Shown one piece after another: positions 17,501 through 23,765 of a DNA stretch of 24,037 nucleotides. The translations under genes were made by a program, and so were the position numbers. Source of the stretch: a virus; the UHGV virus genome UHGV-0103738, one strand, 5' to 3'. A model generated the notes under the pieces. That model made no database searches. It was not told where the DNA came from and saw only the letters and a list, made by a program, of their open reading frames with translations. Numbering within the stretch: position 1 is the first letter of the stretch; each line of letters begins with the position of its first letter.

Positions 17501-18316
17501 CCGTTTGGTATCGAAGGTAACAAGGTTTATCTCGATAATGCGATGATTCGTAATGCTGCAATTGGTACAGCCCAGATTAATGATGCGGCGATTACTACTG
17601 CCAAGATCGGCAATGCCGCAATTAACAGCGCGAAGATTCAGGACGGGGCAATCACTAACGCCAAGATCGTAAACGGTGCAATTGATAACGCCAAAATTGG
17701 TAACTATATCCAGTCTTCCAACTGGAACGGATCAACCGGATGGCATATCAACAAGAACGGGTCCGCTACGTTCATGAACGCTACCGTTAAAGGTAATATC
17801 ACGGCTGATTCTGGTACTCTGAACAACGTCACGATTAACTCTAGCTGTGTTATTAAGGGTATGCTTGAAGCTACTCAGGTTAAGGGTGATTTCGTTAAGG
17901 TGATTGGTCGTAAGTTCCCACACCGTGATGTTAACGTTGATAATGGTTATGGCGGCTATCCGCAAGGTACAGTAACCGTTCGCGTTGAAGATGATCACAA
18001 GTTCGATCGTCAAATCGTTATTCCGGCGATTAGTTTTGGTGGATTGCGAGCGCGTGAAGGGTCGAACAATAATACCTATTACGACACCTGTCGCCTGATT
18101 GTTCGTAAGAATGGGTCAGAGTTGTATAATAGGGCGTATGGCGGTAATACTGGTCTTTACTCAGGTGTTATTGATATGCCAGCGGGTAAAGGTGCTGTGA
18201 CCTTGACCTTTGAAGTGCAATCAAGCGCAATCAACAACTGGACGCCTAGCACATGGATCAGTGATTTAACTGTAATGGTAACTAAAAAAGCCACTACGGG
18301 TATTACTGTTTCTTAA
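14540..18316 (+). CDS. Central tail fibre / tip attachment protein, lambda gpJ-like, with an N-terminal gpI-like hydrophobic domain (1258 aa)
   Basis: C-terminal ~150 aa resemble the remembered lambda J C-terminus (TLNNVTINSSC..., VEDDHKFDRQIVIP, VIDMPAGKGAVTLTF, DLTVMVTKK). Fibronectin III-like segment around 16000-16300. N-terminal Ala/Gly-rich hydrophobic region followed by APKTPKVQ...VLPVLFG, resembling the lambda gpI C-terminus. Confidence 0.85.
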   Translation: MGFEILVGAVIAGASAGMAAAATFSVMTAVAIGMAAGAMTLIASTVGAPKTPKVQSPDNAVTLGTSNDPKTVLPVLFGTTRTGAICVYKAISKQENNKLVQIFAIAEGEIDHYKALFIDNKNVLVGKNMTIRDGVLDKGNIKEEYRKVLEVEFRTGKNPNTALSLAKRHLGSDWNDNYKGNGIATMCIVLRRDDKSLAAGVDILQPNSQVAVDVCGLKIRNLETNAIEASTNGVDQIFHYLTNTKYGLSVPIENINVDSFLKVRKQVRQMDLHSNGACDPNASFKENLTSLMQTFGGVMFESFGRITLKLDAPDIVKHTFNEDNIMMGKVSLKTGGTNGYFNTINAMYQEPSIDYSEQMLRYPADAENDATIRQDGRIIAKDIEYRFVKSKAQIDKLASIERNKSRITQVISFMTTDAFTAEVWDVISVTYDELKLNNSLWRITAIDRSIDSGIAGMMTITATEYNSQVYTDLNYAANPDNRPSGLPDSMTVQKPTNFRIKATGETIYGKNVTLTWDAPEDFNRYGFQIDYRVSGSPNWIKLGQTSQQIFSVNALAKDRSYDYRVCAFGIIARSDWVELINQNPTVTYELPTPVIRIKNQGSTPGTFEGNDLIIEWENQQQLDVEINGETNKFSDLFEAYIIKVTNKAGKSIQYRTRDPESWTYTLDMNQFNGLSRQLTVEVSAKGYNNSESAPARLVAINPQHKPMKGFSARGGFNTAFVSWADDVEHDYAGSIIQYATDNTFSDARAVSTNSVSHTSFDIADGDYYIRGAHYDIFGMDDAVWSEPYFMQMKSTISWDDQDKEALEDLIGLQDRLDETIADAIKQAGANADAKIDAMHKQITTETGKTVQASADTLKSLIASGDKASSTKIDQVKAELKGDITKEVSASATTLKQAIATSEAASASKIDQVRVEMDGKIAGVNQEADVKIDALKGTINSKYNLAVNADGRVAGIHMSATNDPAEPTRIIFTADKIAVAPQNGSGVCPFGIEGNKVYLDNAMIRNAAIGTAQINDAAITTAKIGNAAINSAKIQDGAITNAKIVNGAIDNAKIGNYIQSSNWNGSTGWHINKNGSATFMNATVKGNITADSGTLNNVTINSSCVIKGMLEATQVKGDFVKVIGRKFPHRDVNVDNGYGGYPQGTVTVRVEDDHKFDRQIVIPAISFGGLRAREGSNNNTYYDTCRLIVRKNGSELYNRAYGGNTGLYSGVIDMPAGKGAVTLTFEVQSSAINNWTPSTWISDLTVMVTKKATTGITVS

Positions 18317-18334
18317 AAATTTAATTTTAATAAT

Positions 18335-18375
18335 TAATCCCGCTTAATTCTTTTGAGTTAGGCGGGATTATTTTT
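18335..18375 (+). terminator. Terminator after the tail-tip gene
   Basis: Stem TAATCCCGC / GCGGGATTA (9 bp) with a long loop, followed by TTTTT. Confidence 0.6.
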
Positions 18376-18420
18376 ATCTAAATAATTCTGCCATGAAATT
18401 ATAAAAATATCGGGGGCGTA

Positions 18421-18699
18421 ATGACTGAAATTATATATGGCGGTATCGGTGTTATCGCCTTAATTTGCGGTGGTCTTTGGAGACTTCACCGAAATCAATT
18501 AGCAACTGAAAATAGATTGTCGAAATTGGAATCCAGCGACGCATTGTTAAACCAGAAGTTTGAGACGATGCAGAATAACCATACTCAGATTGCTGAACGT
18601 GTTTACCAAATGGAACAAACACTACACGGTATAGAGAAGAAAGTGGTTGCGATGGACGCCAAATTTGACCAAGTTCTCGACATACTCAAACAAAAATAA
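18421..18699 (+). CDS. Membrane-anchored coiled-coil protein (92 aa; holin/lysis-regulator or exclusion candidate)
   Basis: SD-like CGGGGGCGTA before the ATG. One N-terminal transmembrane segment (IIYGGIGVIALICGGLW) followed by RLHR and a coiled-coil tail. Confidence 0.5.
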   Translation: MTEIIYGGIGVIALICGGLWRLHRNQLATENRLSKLESSDALLNQKFETMQNNHTQIAERVYQMEQTLHGIEKKVVAMDAKFDQVLDILKQK

Positions 18700-18717
18700 T
18701 AATAAAGGGGTGAATAT

Positions 18718-18888
18718 ATGAAGAATAAACTTAAGAAATATTTTGGTTATCTCTTGATTATCGCCCTCACTTATAACGTAGCAATTAGACCTCTGCTTAC
18801 GTCCTTTGGGCTTGAACTCCCGGCTATGGCCGTGGATGAACAATTGCTAAGGACACTGGCGGGGGTCTTTTCGTTATTAGGGGGCTAA
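18718..18888 (+). CDS. Small membrane protein (56 aa), not in the supplied ORF track
   Basis: SD AAAGGGGTGAA 8 nt before ATG 18718. Sequence MKNKLKKYFGYLLIIALTYNVAIRPLL... has a basic N-terminus and one transmembrane helix. The stop sits 1 nt before the next gene's ATG. Confidence 0.35.
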   Translation: MKNKLKKYFGYLLIIALTYNVAIRPLLTSFGLELPAMAVDEQLLRTLAGVFSLLGG

Positions 18889-18889
18889 C

Positions 18890-19573
18890 ATGGCAACCAG
18901 TACCAATAAACGAAACGCTCTAAGGACTAAGAAAGCGTTACGGCAATGGTCTGAAAAGGCAACCGATACATTCGAAAGGGCGATAGGGGAAGGGGCGATC
19001 TTTGCTGCTCGTGCACTACAGAAGAAGATTAACAAGAATGTTGATAGACCTACTCGCTGGACTCAGCAAGCTGTAGGTAATACCAACTACAAGAACCGAT
19101 CAGGGACCAGACACCAAATCTTCATCAAGGGCGCAAGGGATAAGGACAAGAAGATCGGCAGTCAGGATGACTATCTGAAACACTATTTCGATGGCGGCAA
19201 AATCAATAAGCTAGTGCCAATCGCCAACGGTAAGGTCTTAGACTCCCACGGGAACATTAAGGCCATCAAAGGCGGTAAGATGATGCGTAACATCGAAAAC
19301 GGCAACTTCATCAAGGTAGAGAACAAGGAAGGGACTTTTATCATGAAGAAGTACAAGCCTAAGAAATCCCGAACCAAACGCGCTAAGAATGGATCGGCGG
19401 TGGCAAAACGTCGCTTAGAGAAACGCATCCAGAAACAGAGTAAGCGAATTGTTGCCGTTAAGTCGGATAAAATTTCTACTCGTTATTCGACGCTAGGATC
19501 GTGGGAAAGCAACGAGGAAATGATGCTTAAGAACATTAATAAGCACATTAAATCGCGCATGAGATACGTTTAA
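18890..19573 (+). CDS. Highly basic Lys/Arg-rich protein (227 aa), function unknown
   Basis: ORF tightly coupled to the upstream small gene. Very high K/R content throughout, with no transmembrane segment. Confidence 0.5.
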   Translation: MATSTNKRNALRTKKALRQWSEKATDTFERAIGEGAIFAARALQKKINKNVDRPTRWTQQAVGNTNYKNRSGTRHQIFIKGARDKDKKIGSQDDYLKHYFDGGKINKLVPIANGKVLDSHGNIKAIKGGKMMRNIENGNFIKVENKEGTFIMKKYKPKKSRTKRAKNGSAVAKRRLEKRIQKQSKRIVAVKSDKISTRYSTLGSWESNEEMMLKNINKHIKSRMRYV

Positions 19574-19611
19574 TCCATAAATACCCTCATAGAATCTTAT
19601 GGGGGTATAAC

Positions 19612-19959
19612 ATGGCTAAAAATATTTTCACTGAATTTCCTACTTATCCGGTCGATCAGCTTTCCGGTATTTTTATTAATGGCATTAGCCCAGAATCAAT
19701 GACCTATGATTTTGAGGCGAAGAGAGTTAAACATAAACAATATAAAGAATGTATCCGCGATCATGAAAAAGGGACCGTGTTTTGTGTCGCTACATTGGCT
19801 AAACGTCCTAAATATCGTTTTCGTGTAGGGCAAGAAGTTGATGTGGTTAATCCTTATAGCTTTAACTGTCTGGGCGATGCACGCGCGGTGTGTGTAGGTA
19901 CTGCTCCTTATTACATCAAGGGTATGCGCTTTATTGGTTATATCTTCGAAATGATCTAA
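19612..19959 (+). CDS. Hypothetical protein (115 aa, Cys-containing)
   Basis: SD TGGGGGTATAA before ATG 19612. No recognised motif. Confidence 0.5.
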   Translation: MAKNIFTEFPTYPVDQLSGIFINGISPESMTYDFEAKRVKHKQYKECIRDHEKGTVFCVATLAKRPKYRFRVGQEVDVVNPYSFNCLGDARAVCVGTAPYYIKGMRFIGYIFEMI

Positions 19960-19968
19960 GGGGGTAAT

Positions 19969-20322
19969 ATGTTAAGCAAACATTTTTCTCGCAAGGAATT
20001 TAAATGTAAATGTGGAAAATGTGATTATGATACAATCGACGCTGAATTACTGGTAATTCTTGAGGATGTACGAGAGCACTTCGGGAAGCCAGTAATTATT
20101 AACAGTGGGAACCGTTGTCCGACTCATAATAAGAATGTTGGCGGCGCAACCAATAGCTATCATGTTCGAGGCCGTGCGGCTGACATTGTTATCAAGGGTG
20201 TCTCGCCTGATATTGTTCATGCTTATCTTGATGGGAAATATCCTACTCAATACGGCTTAGGAAAATATAAAACCTTTACGCATATTGATTCCAGATCAAA
20301 AAAATCACGGTGGAATGGATAA
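19969..20322 (+). CDS. Peptidase M15-family zinc peptidase, probable endolysin (117 aa)
   Basis: SD AAGGGGGTAA. Motifs SYHVRGRAADI and FTHID match the His/Asp zinc-binding signature of M15-type cell-wall peptidases. No signal peptide. Confidence 0.65.
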   Translation: MLSKHFSRKEFKCKCGKCDYDTIDAELLVILEDVREHFGKPVIINSGNRCPTHNKNVGGATNSYHVRGRAADIVIKGVSPDIVHAYLDGKYPTQYGLGKYKTFTHIDSRSKKSRWNG

Positions 20323-20328
20323 AACAAA

Positions 20329-20352
20329 AGCGCCTCTGGTGGGCGCTTTTTT
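20329..20352 (+). terminator. Rho-independent terminator ending the + strand late operon
   Basis: Stem AGCGCC / GGCGCT, loop TCTGGTG, followed by TTTTTT, starting 7 nt after the lysin stop. Confidence 0.7.
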
Positions 20353-20536
20353 GTTAGAATATGCTGGCGACGTTAGCTATATTTCTGACCATTTTTTCAT
20401 TATAGACAAATATACCGCAGACGATAAAGTCGTTTTTGACGAAGTAGATCCGTCTCTGGTTGAAGTAATGAAAGAACCGGAAGACCTAGAGCTTGATTTA
20501 AGCCAATTATAGACTCTCTAACGCAATTAAATTAAA

Positions 20537-20558
20537 AAGGGGTACAAATGTACCCCTT
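20537..20558 (-). terminator. Terminator for the convergent – strand unit
   Basis: Perfect 9-bp palindrome AAGGGGTAC / GTACCCCTT with a 4-nt loop. On the – strand it is followed by a T-rich tract (TTTAATTT) and lies 37 nt downstream of the stop at 20595. Confidence 0.6.
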
Positions 20559-20594
20559 AAAGCGTTTGGTTCGTTATACGGCGATTTAGGCCGC

Positions 20595-20852
20595 CTATGA
20601 TTTATTTTCTTGTTCTATGAAAATCTTTCTCACCTCATCAGAATAAATGTCTAGTGATTCCTCATAACATTTTCTGTATTCATCGTAATTACTGGTGGTC
20701 TTTTGACATAGCAATTTCAATGTCTTATGTGCTCCATCAATGAAAGCATCTTCTCTATAGGTTAGCGGTCTACGCATTTCTTGGTCTACGGTTGCCAATG
20801 CCAAGCAAGAATTCATAGATAAAATTAAACCTAAAATCTTAATCATCTTCAT
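20595..20852 (-). CDS. Small secreted protein (85 aa; start at ATG 20852, track gives a TTG start at 20867)
   Basis: N-terminal signal-peptide-like sequence MKMIKILGLILSMNSCLALA followed by a hydrophilic domain with two Cys. The start region overlaps the 3' end of the recombinase gene. Confidence 0.5.
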   Translation of the reverse strand: MKMIKILGLILSMNSCLALATVDQEMRRPLTYREDAFIDGAHKTLKLLCQKTTSNYDEYRKCYEESLDIYSDEVRKIFIEQENKS

Positions 20853-20856
20853 TAGC

Positions 20857-22536
20857 TTAAATTCCAAATTCTTGTAATGGACCTGGTATTTCTTCTTCTG
20901 GTTTCCAGTTCTTATCTGTCAGCATGTCTAAACATGGATGCAGAACAAGCCCGTTACTCTCCAGAATCTGCCTATCATTGATAGTCTTCAAATCAACGAA
21001 GATCCGGCCTTTCCTCGGTCCTCTTGAATTTTCTATTACAACTCTCTGGGTCTTGCCATCGATGTATTCCAGTACAAACAAGTTTTTGTACTTGTCAATC
21101 CTGCTACACCCGATCCGTTTTAGAGCTTGCTTAATCTTAAACCGGACCTTAATGCGATCCTCGTTGTAAACATCTTCTAAATCAAATTCTGCGAGCTTCT
21201 CCCAGCCTTGAGAGTCAACAGAATACATTTCCTCTTCTGCCATCTTAAGTTGATTGTAGAGTGTTTCACGCTCGCTATTGAGGGTAGTAATCTGATCGGC
21301 TAGCTCCTTCGTTGCTCCTGTCATAGCAGAAAGGGTAATCAGGTTATCAATCTTGCGTGATATTTCATCAATCTGTACTTTCAAAGCCGGAACCGGATTA
21401 GCCTTATCTTCAGCAATCCAGATTTTATCAGCCAGCAATTGCAATACAGCTTTCTCTAATTGGTCGCCGCGAAAACTCCAGTTTGTATGCACACATTCAA
21501 TACGACTAGAGCGCATTGCATCGCATGAATAACGATATTGGTTAGGCCGTCTGTTTGTTCCTTTCACCTTAACCATAGCGGAACCGCAATGTTCACATTT
21601 CAATAGACCAACACCACTAAGCAAGGGAATAGGTTTAGCTTCTTCTTTGTCTCCAAAGTTACATGCTCTAACACCAATGCTTTTCTTAAGGTGATAAAAC
21701 TCAGCGTCATCTAGCACACGAGGATAATAATCCTTTAACTCATACTTAACGCCATCTACAGAGATTTCCTTGATACCAATCAAAGCGCGGGTATGGAACA
21801 ACCTTTCAATCATTGCCCGTGACCAGTTTGAATGCCTCTTGTGACTTGCGGCTGGTGGTGGTGTGTATGTCGCGTTAAGGTGATCCAGTATCTCGGCGGT
21901 TGACCGTCCATTCCTGCGTAATTCCACAACTTCCTGAACAATAGGGAAGAAGACCGGATGAGGAAGCACATAACCAGATGTGGTATCAGTCCACCACATA
22001 TTCTTTCCAATTTCCTCGATTGCAACAGCCGGATTTTGTGGATTTTCTTGATGAGCTTTAATCTTAATCAGTGCGCTTGAGTTAGTACGATTGCGCTTAG
22101 TCTGGCTTTCCTCATTACCACGGATGAATAAAAGGATGGAGAACATCAGGTCCATCGGGTTAGCGGTAACAGTATCAAGCGAGTAGATCTTGTTATCCAT
22201 GCCAGTAACAATGGTTATCCCCCTACGGATGATTGAAAGGAATAACTCCTGTGCACTGACAATATCGGCACGGGATAAACGGTCCAAGTTTTCGATGAAT
22301 AGCCAGCTACCAACAGGAACGGATCTACCTATTGCATCAAGGAAACGAGATAGCGCCCCTGTTTTGGAGTTAGCACCCTTAAACGCAGATACACCCAGAT
22401 CCTGATAATCATTTACCAGTTCAAGGTCATACTTTACCGCAATCTCTCTAGCCATCCTGATTTGTCGTTCATAACTCGAACCATCATTCTGACGCATAGA
22501 CGAGAAGCGAATATACGAATACAGTTTAGTTTTCAT
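20857..22536 (-). CDS. Large serine recombinase (integrase/resolvase family, ~559 aa from ATG 22536)
   Basis: N-terminal catalytic motif YIRFSSMRQ (Arg/Ser/Gln spacing of serine recombinases) and ENLDRLSR. Central recombinase region. Cys cluster CEHCGSAMV...YRYSCDAM...ECVH (zinc-ribbon-like), then a coiled coil. Track start is a TTG at 22551; the first ATG is at 22536. Confidence 0.85.
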   Translation of the reverse strand: MKTKLYSYIRFSSMRQNDGSSYERQIRMAREIAVKYDLELVNDYQDLGVSAFKGANSKTGALSRFLDAIGRSVPVGSWLFIENLDRLSRADIVSAQELFLSIIRRGITIVTGMDNKIYSLDTVTANPMDLMFSILLFIRGNEESQTKRNRTNSSALIKIKAHQENPQNPAVAIEEIGKNMWWTDTTSGYVLPHPVFFPIVQEVVELRRNGRSTAEILDHLNATYTPPPAASHKRHSNWSRAMIERLFHTRALIGIKEISVDGVKYELKDYYPRVLDDAEFYHLKKSIGVRACNFGDKEEAKPIPLLSGVGLLKCEHCGSAMVKVKGTNRRPNQYRYSCDAMRSSRIECVHTNWSFRGDQLEKAVLQLLADKIWIAEDKANPVPALKVQIDEISRKIDNLITLSAMTGATKELADQITTLNSERETLYNQLKMAEEEMYSVDSQGWEKLAEFDLEDVYNEDRIKVRFKIKQALKRIGCSRIDKYKNLFVLEYIDGKTQRVVIENSRGPRKGRIFVDLKTINDRQILESNGLVLHPCLDMLTDKNWKPEEEIPGPLQEFGI

Positions 22537-22545
22537 ACCATTTCC

Positions 22546-22585
22546 AAACAAAAACGCCCCTACCGCGTATTATAACGATAGGGGC
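22546..22585 (-). terminator. Hairpin with T-run immediately upstream of the recombinase start (– strand)
   Basis: 10-bp stem whose one imperfect position is a G-U pair only in the – strand transcript, followed on the – strand by GTTTTTGTTT. The loop contains TTATAAT. Confidence 0.5.
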
Positions 22586-22599
22586 TAGGTGATTAAAGA

Positions 22600-23019
22600 T
22601 TAAAGAATTTCACGGCAGCTAATCAGGGAATAAGACGTATCACCTTTTTTAACATCAAATATAGGCGCGCCATCTACAGAATGCAGATATTTGATGTAGG
22701 ATTTACCATCTTCGGAACCATAATATTCTTCTTTCTCGTTCTTATCTTCTTTCAGTTTTGGGCTTTTGATTGTTTTATCAAATACCGGATCGTTGAAAGC
22801 AAATTGACTATTATCATCATTCACTCGAACCTTTACACCGATAAAACCACGGTATTTGCCAGACGGCGCATGATAATAACGGTCGCCATCACTCAGGTAG
22901 CGTGTATCATCTCCTTTATATTCGAAGTAGGAATTGCACACATAATAGGTATAGGTATTAGCATTCGCAGCACCAACCAAACCCAGAGCAAGAACAACAC
23001 CAGCGATAATCTTTTTCAT
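22600..23019 (-). CDS. Secreted (periplasmic) Tyr-rich protein (139 aa)
   Basis: SD AAGAGGAAA. Classic Sec signal peptide MKKIIAGVVLALGLVGAANA. Two Cys in the mature part. Confidence 0.6.
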   Translation of the reverse strand: MKKIIAGVVLALGLVGAANANTYTYYVCNSYFEYKGDDTRYLSDGDRYYHAPSGKYRGFIGVKVRVNDDNSQFAFNDPVFDKTIKSPKLKEDKNEKEEYYGSEDGKSYIKYLHSVDGAPIFDVKKGDTSYSLISCREIL

Positions 23020-23064
23020 AGTAGAATTTCCTCTTGTTGTTTGAATTACGATATATTTATATCA

Positions 23065-23187
23065 TTAAAAGTTAATGCTAATAATCAGCCCAAACACAAC
23101 CGCACCAATCAAATCAATCCAGTTAATACACAGCGAATATTCTTTCTTGAATGTCTTAGATGAAATGCCATCATGAAATTGTTTCAT
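23065..23187 (-). CDS. Small membrane peptide (40 aa), not in the ORF track
   Basis: SD-like GGGGTGAG before the ATG. Sequence MKQFHDGISSKTFKKEYSLCINWIDLIGAVVFGLIISINF has a C-terminal transmembrane helix. Confidence 0.3.
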   Translation of the reverse strand: MKQFHDGISSKTFKKEYSLCINWIDLIGAVVFGLIISINF

Positions 23188-23190
23188 TGC

Positions 23191-23271
23191 TCACCCCATA
23201 CTAACGACAATATAAGAAAGACTAATCATGGTTGTGAGACTACCTCCCACGAATGAGATAAAAGCTAACAT
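23191..23271 (-). CDS. Very small hydrophobic peptide (26 aa), not in the ORF track
   Basis: GGAG 8 nt before the ATG. Sequence MLAFISFVGGSLTTMISLSYIVVSMG. Its stop overlaps the SD of the next small ORF. Could equally be a leader or non-coding. Confidence 0.2.
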   Translation of the reverse strand: MLAFISFVGGSLTTMISLSYIVVSMG

Positions 23272-23285
23272 GTTTGATTCTCCAT

Positions 23286-23313
23286 TTAAAAAGCGGTGGG
23301 AATTACACCCACC
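23286..23313 (-). terminator. Terminator-like hairpin after the 145-aa gene (– strand)
   Basis: Stem GGTGGG / CCCACC with a 7-nt loop, followed on the – strand by GCTTTTT. Confidence 0.5.
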
Positions 23314-23327
23314 AAATTAGAAATTAA

Positions 23328-23765
23328 TTAAGCGCGAACGATGGTCAGAGTATCCAGCAAACCTTTTTCGTATAATTCGAAACACGTTTTATATTGCTCA
23401 ATCTTCCAACCGTAGCGGGTGATCTTATTCAGTAGAATAATCACGGTATTCTCATCTAGGTATTGTCCTTGCTTACCAATTACATATGACTCGCGGGATA
23501 GTCTCAGCTTACGGAAACCTTTAACACCTAATTCCTTAGCCACCGCTTTAATCTCGTTAATCTCACCTTCTGCGGCTACATATTCAGCGTCGATAATCTC
23601 AGTTGATGATCTCAGTGCTACCAGAACTAAGGCCATTGCTTCTTCTTCGGTACGAGCAACACCAGCTTTCTCGAAAGTCATCTCACCAAATTTACGAGTC
23701 ATAATATTGAACATTGTCTGTATTCCGTTTAAATCGGCGGGAATAGTACCCGCCAAATTAGACAT
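23328..23765 (-). CDS. Hypothetical protein (145 aa)
   Basis: ORF whose ATG overlaps the upstream stop (TAATG at 23763-23767). No recognised motif. Confidence 0.55.
   Translation of the reverse strand: MSNLAGTIPADLNGIQTMFNIMTRKFGEMTFEKAGVARTEEEAMALVLVALRSSTEIIDAEYVAAEGEINEIKAVAKELGVKGFRKLRLSRESYVIGKQGQYLDENTVIILLNKITRYGWKIEQYKTCFELYEKGLLDTLTIVRA

Noticed and set aside
15256-17942. Short ORFs on both strands inside the J-like gene
   Set aside because: Contained within the 1258-codon ORF and lacking start signals.
4902-18316. Possibility that this is a T5-like structural module
   Set aside because: The side fibre with a C-terminal chaperone domain resembles T5 pb1, but the tube protein is only 157 aa, the tape measure is 810 aa and the tip protein is lambda J-like. 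The module is mosaic and not T5-like overall.
20285-20512. + strand ORF spanning the lysin terminator
   Set aside because: Starts inside the lysin gene in another frame and runs through a rho-independent terminator. No SD, and the only plausible post-terminator ATG (20361) gives a 14-aa peptide.
20857-22536. Recombinase as a small Gin/Cin-type invertase controlling fibre variation
   Set aside because: At ~560 aa with a zinc-ribbon and coiled-coil region it is a large serine recombinase, and no inverted duplicate fibre C-terminal segments are visible next to it.
22681-23163. 160-aa + strand ORF antisense to the secreted-protein gene
   Set aside because: Antisense to a gene with a strong SD and signal peptide. 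Composition is hydrophobic low-complexity.
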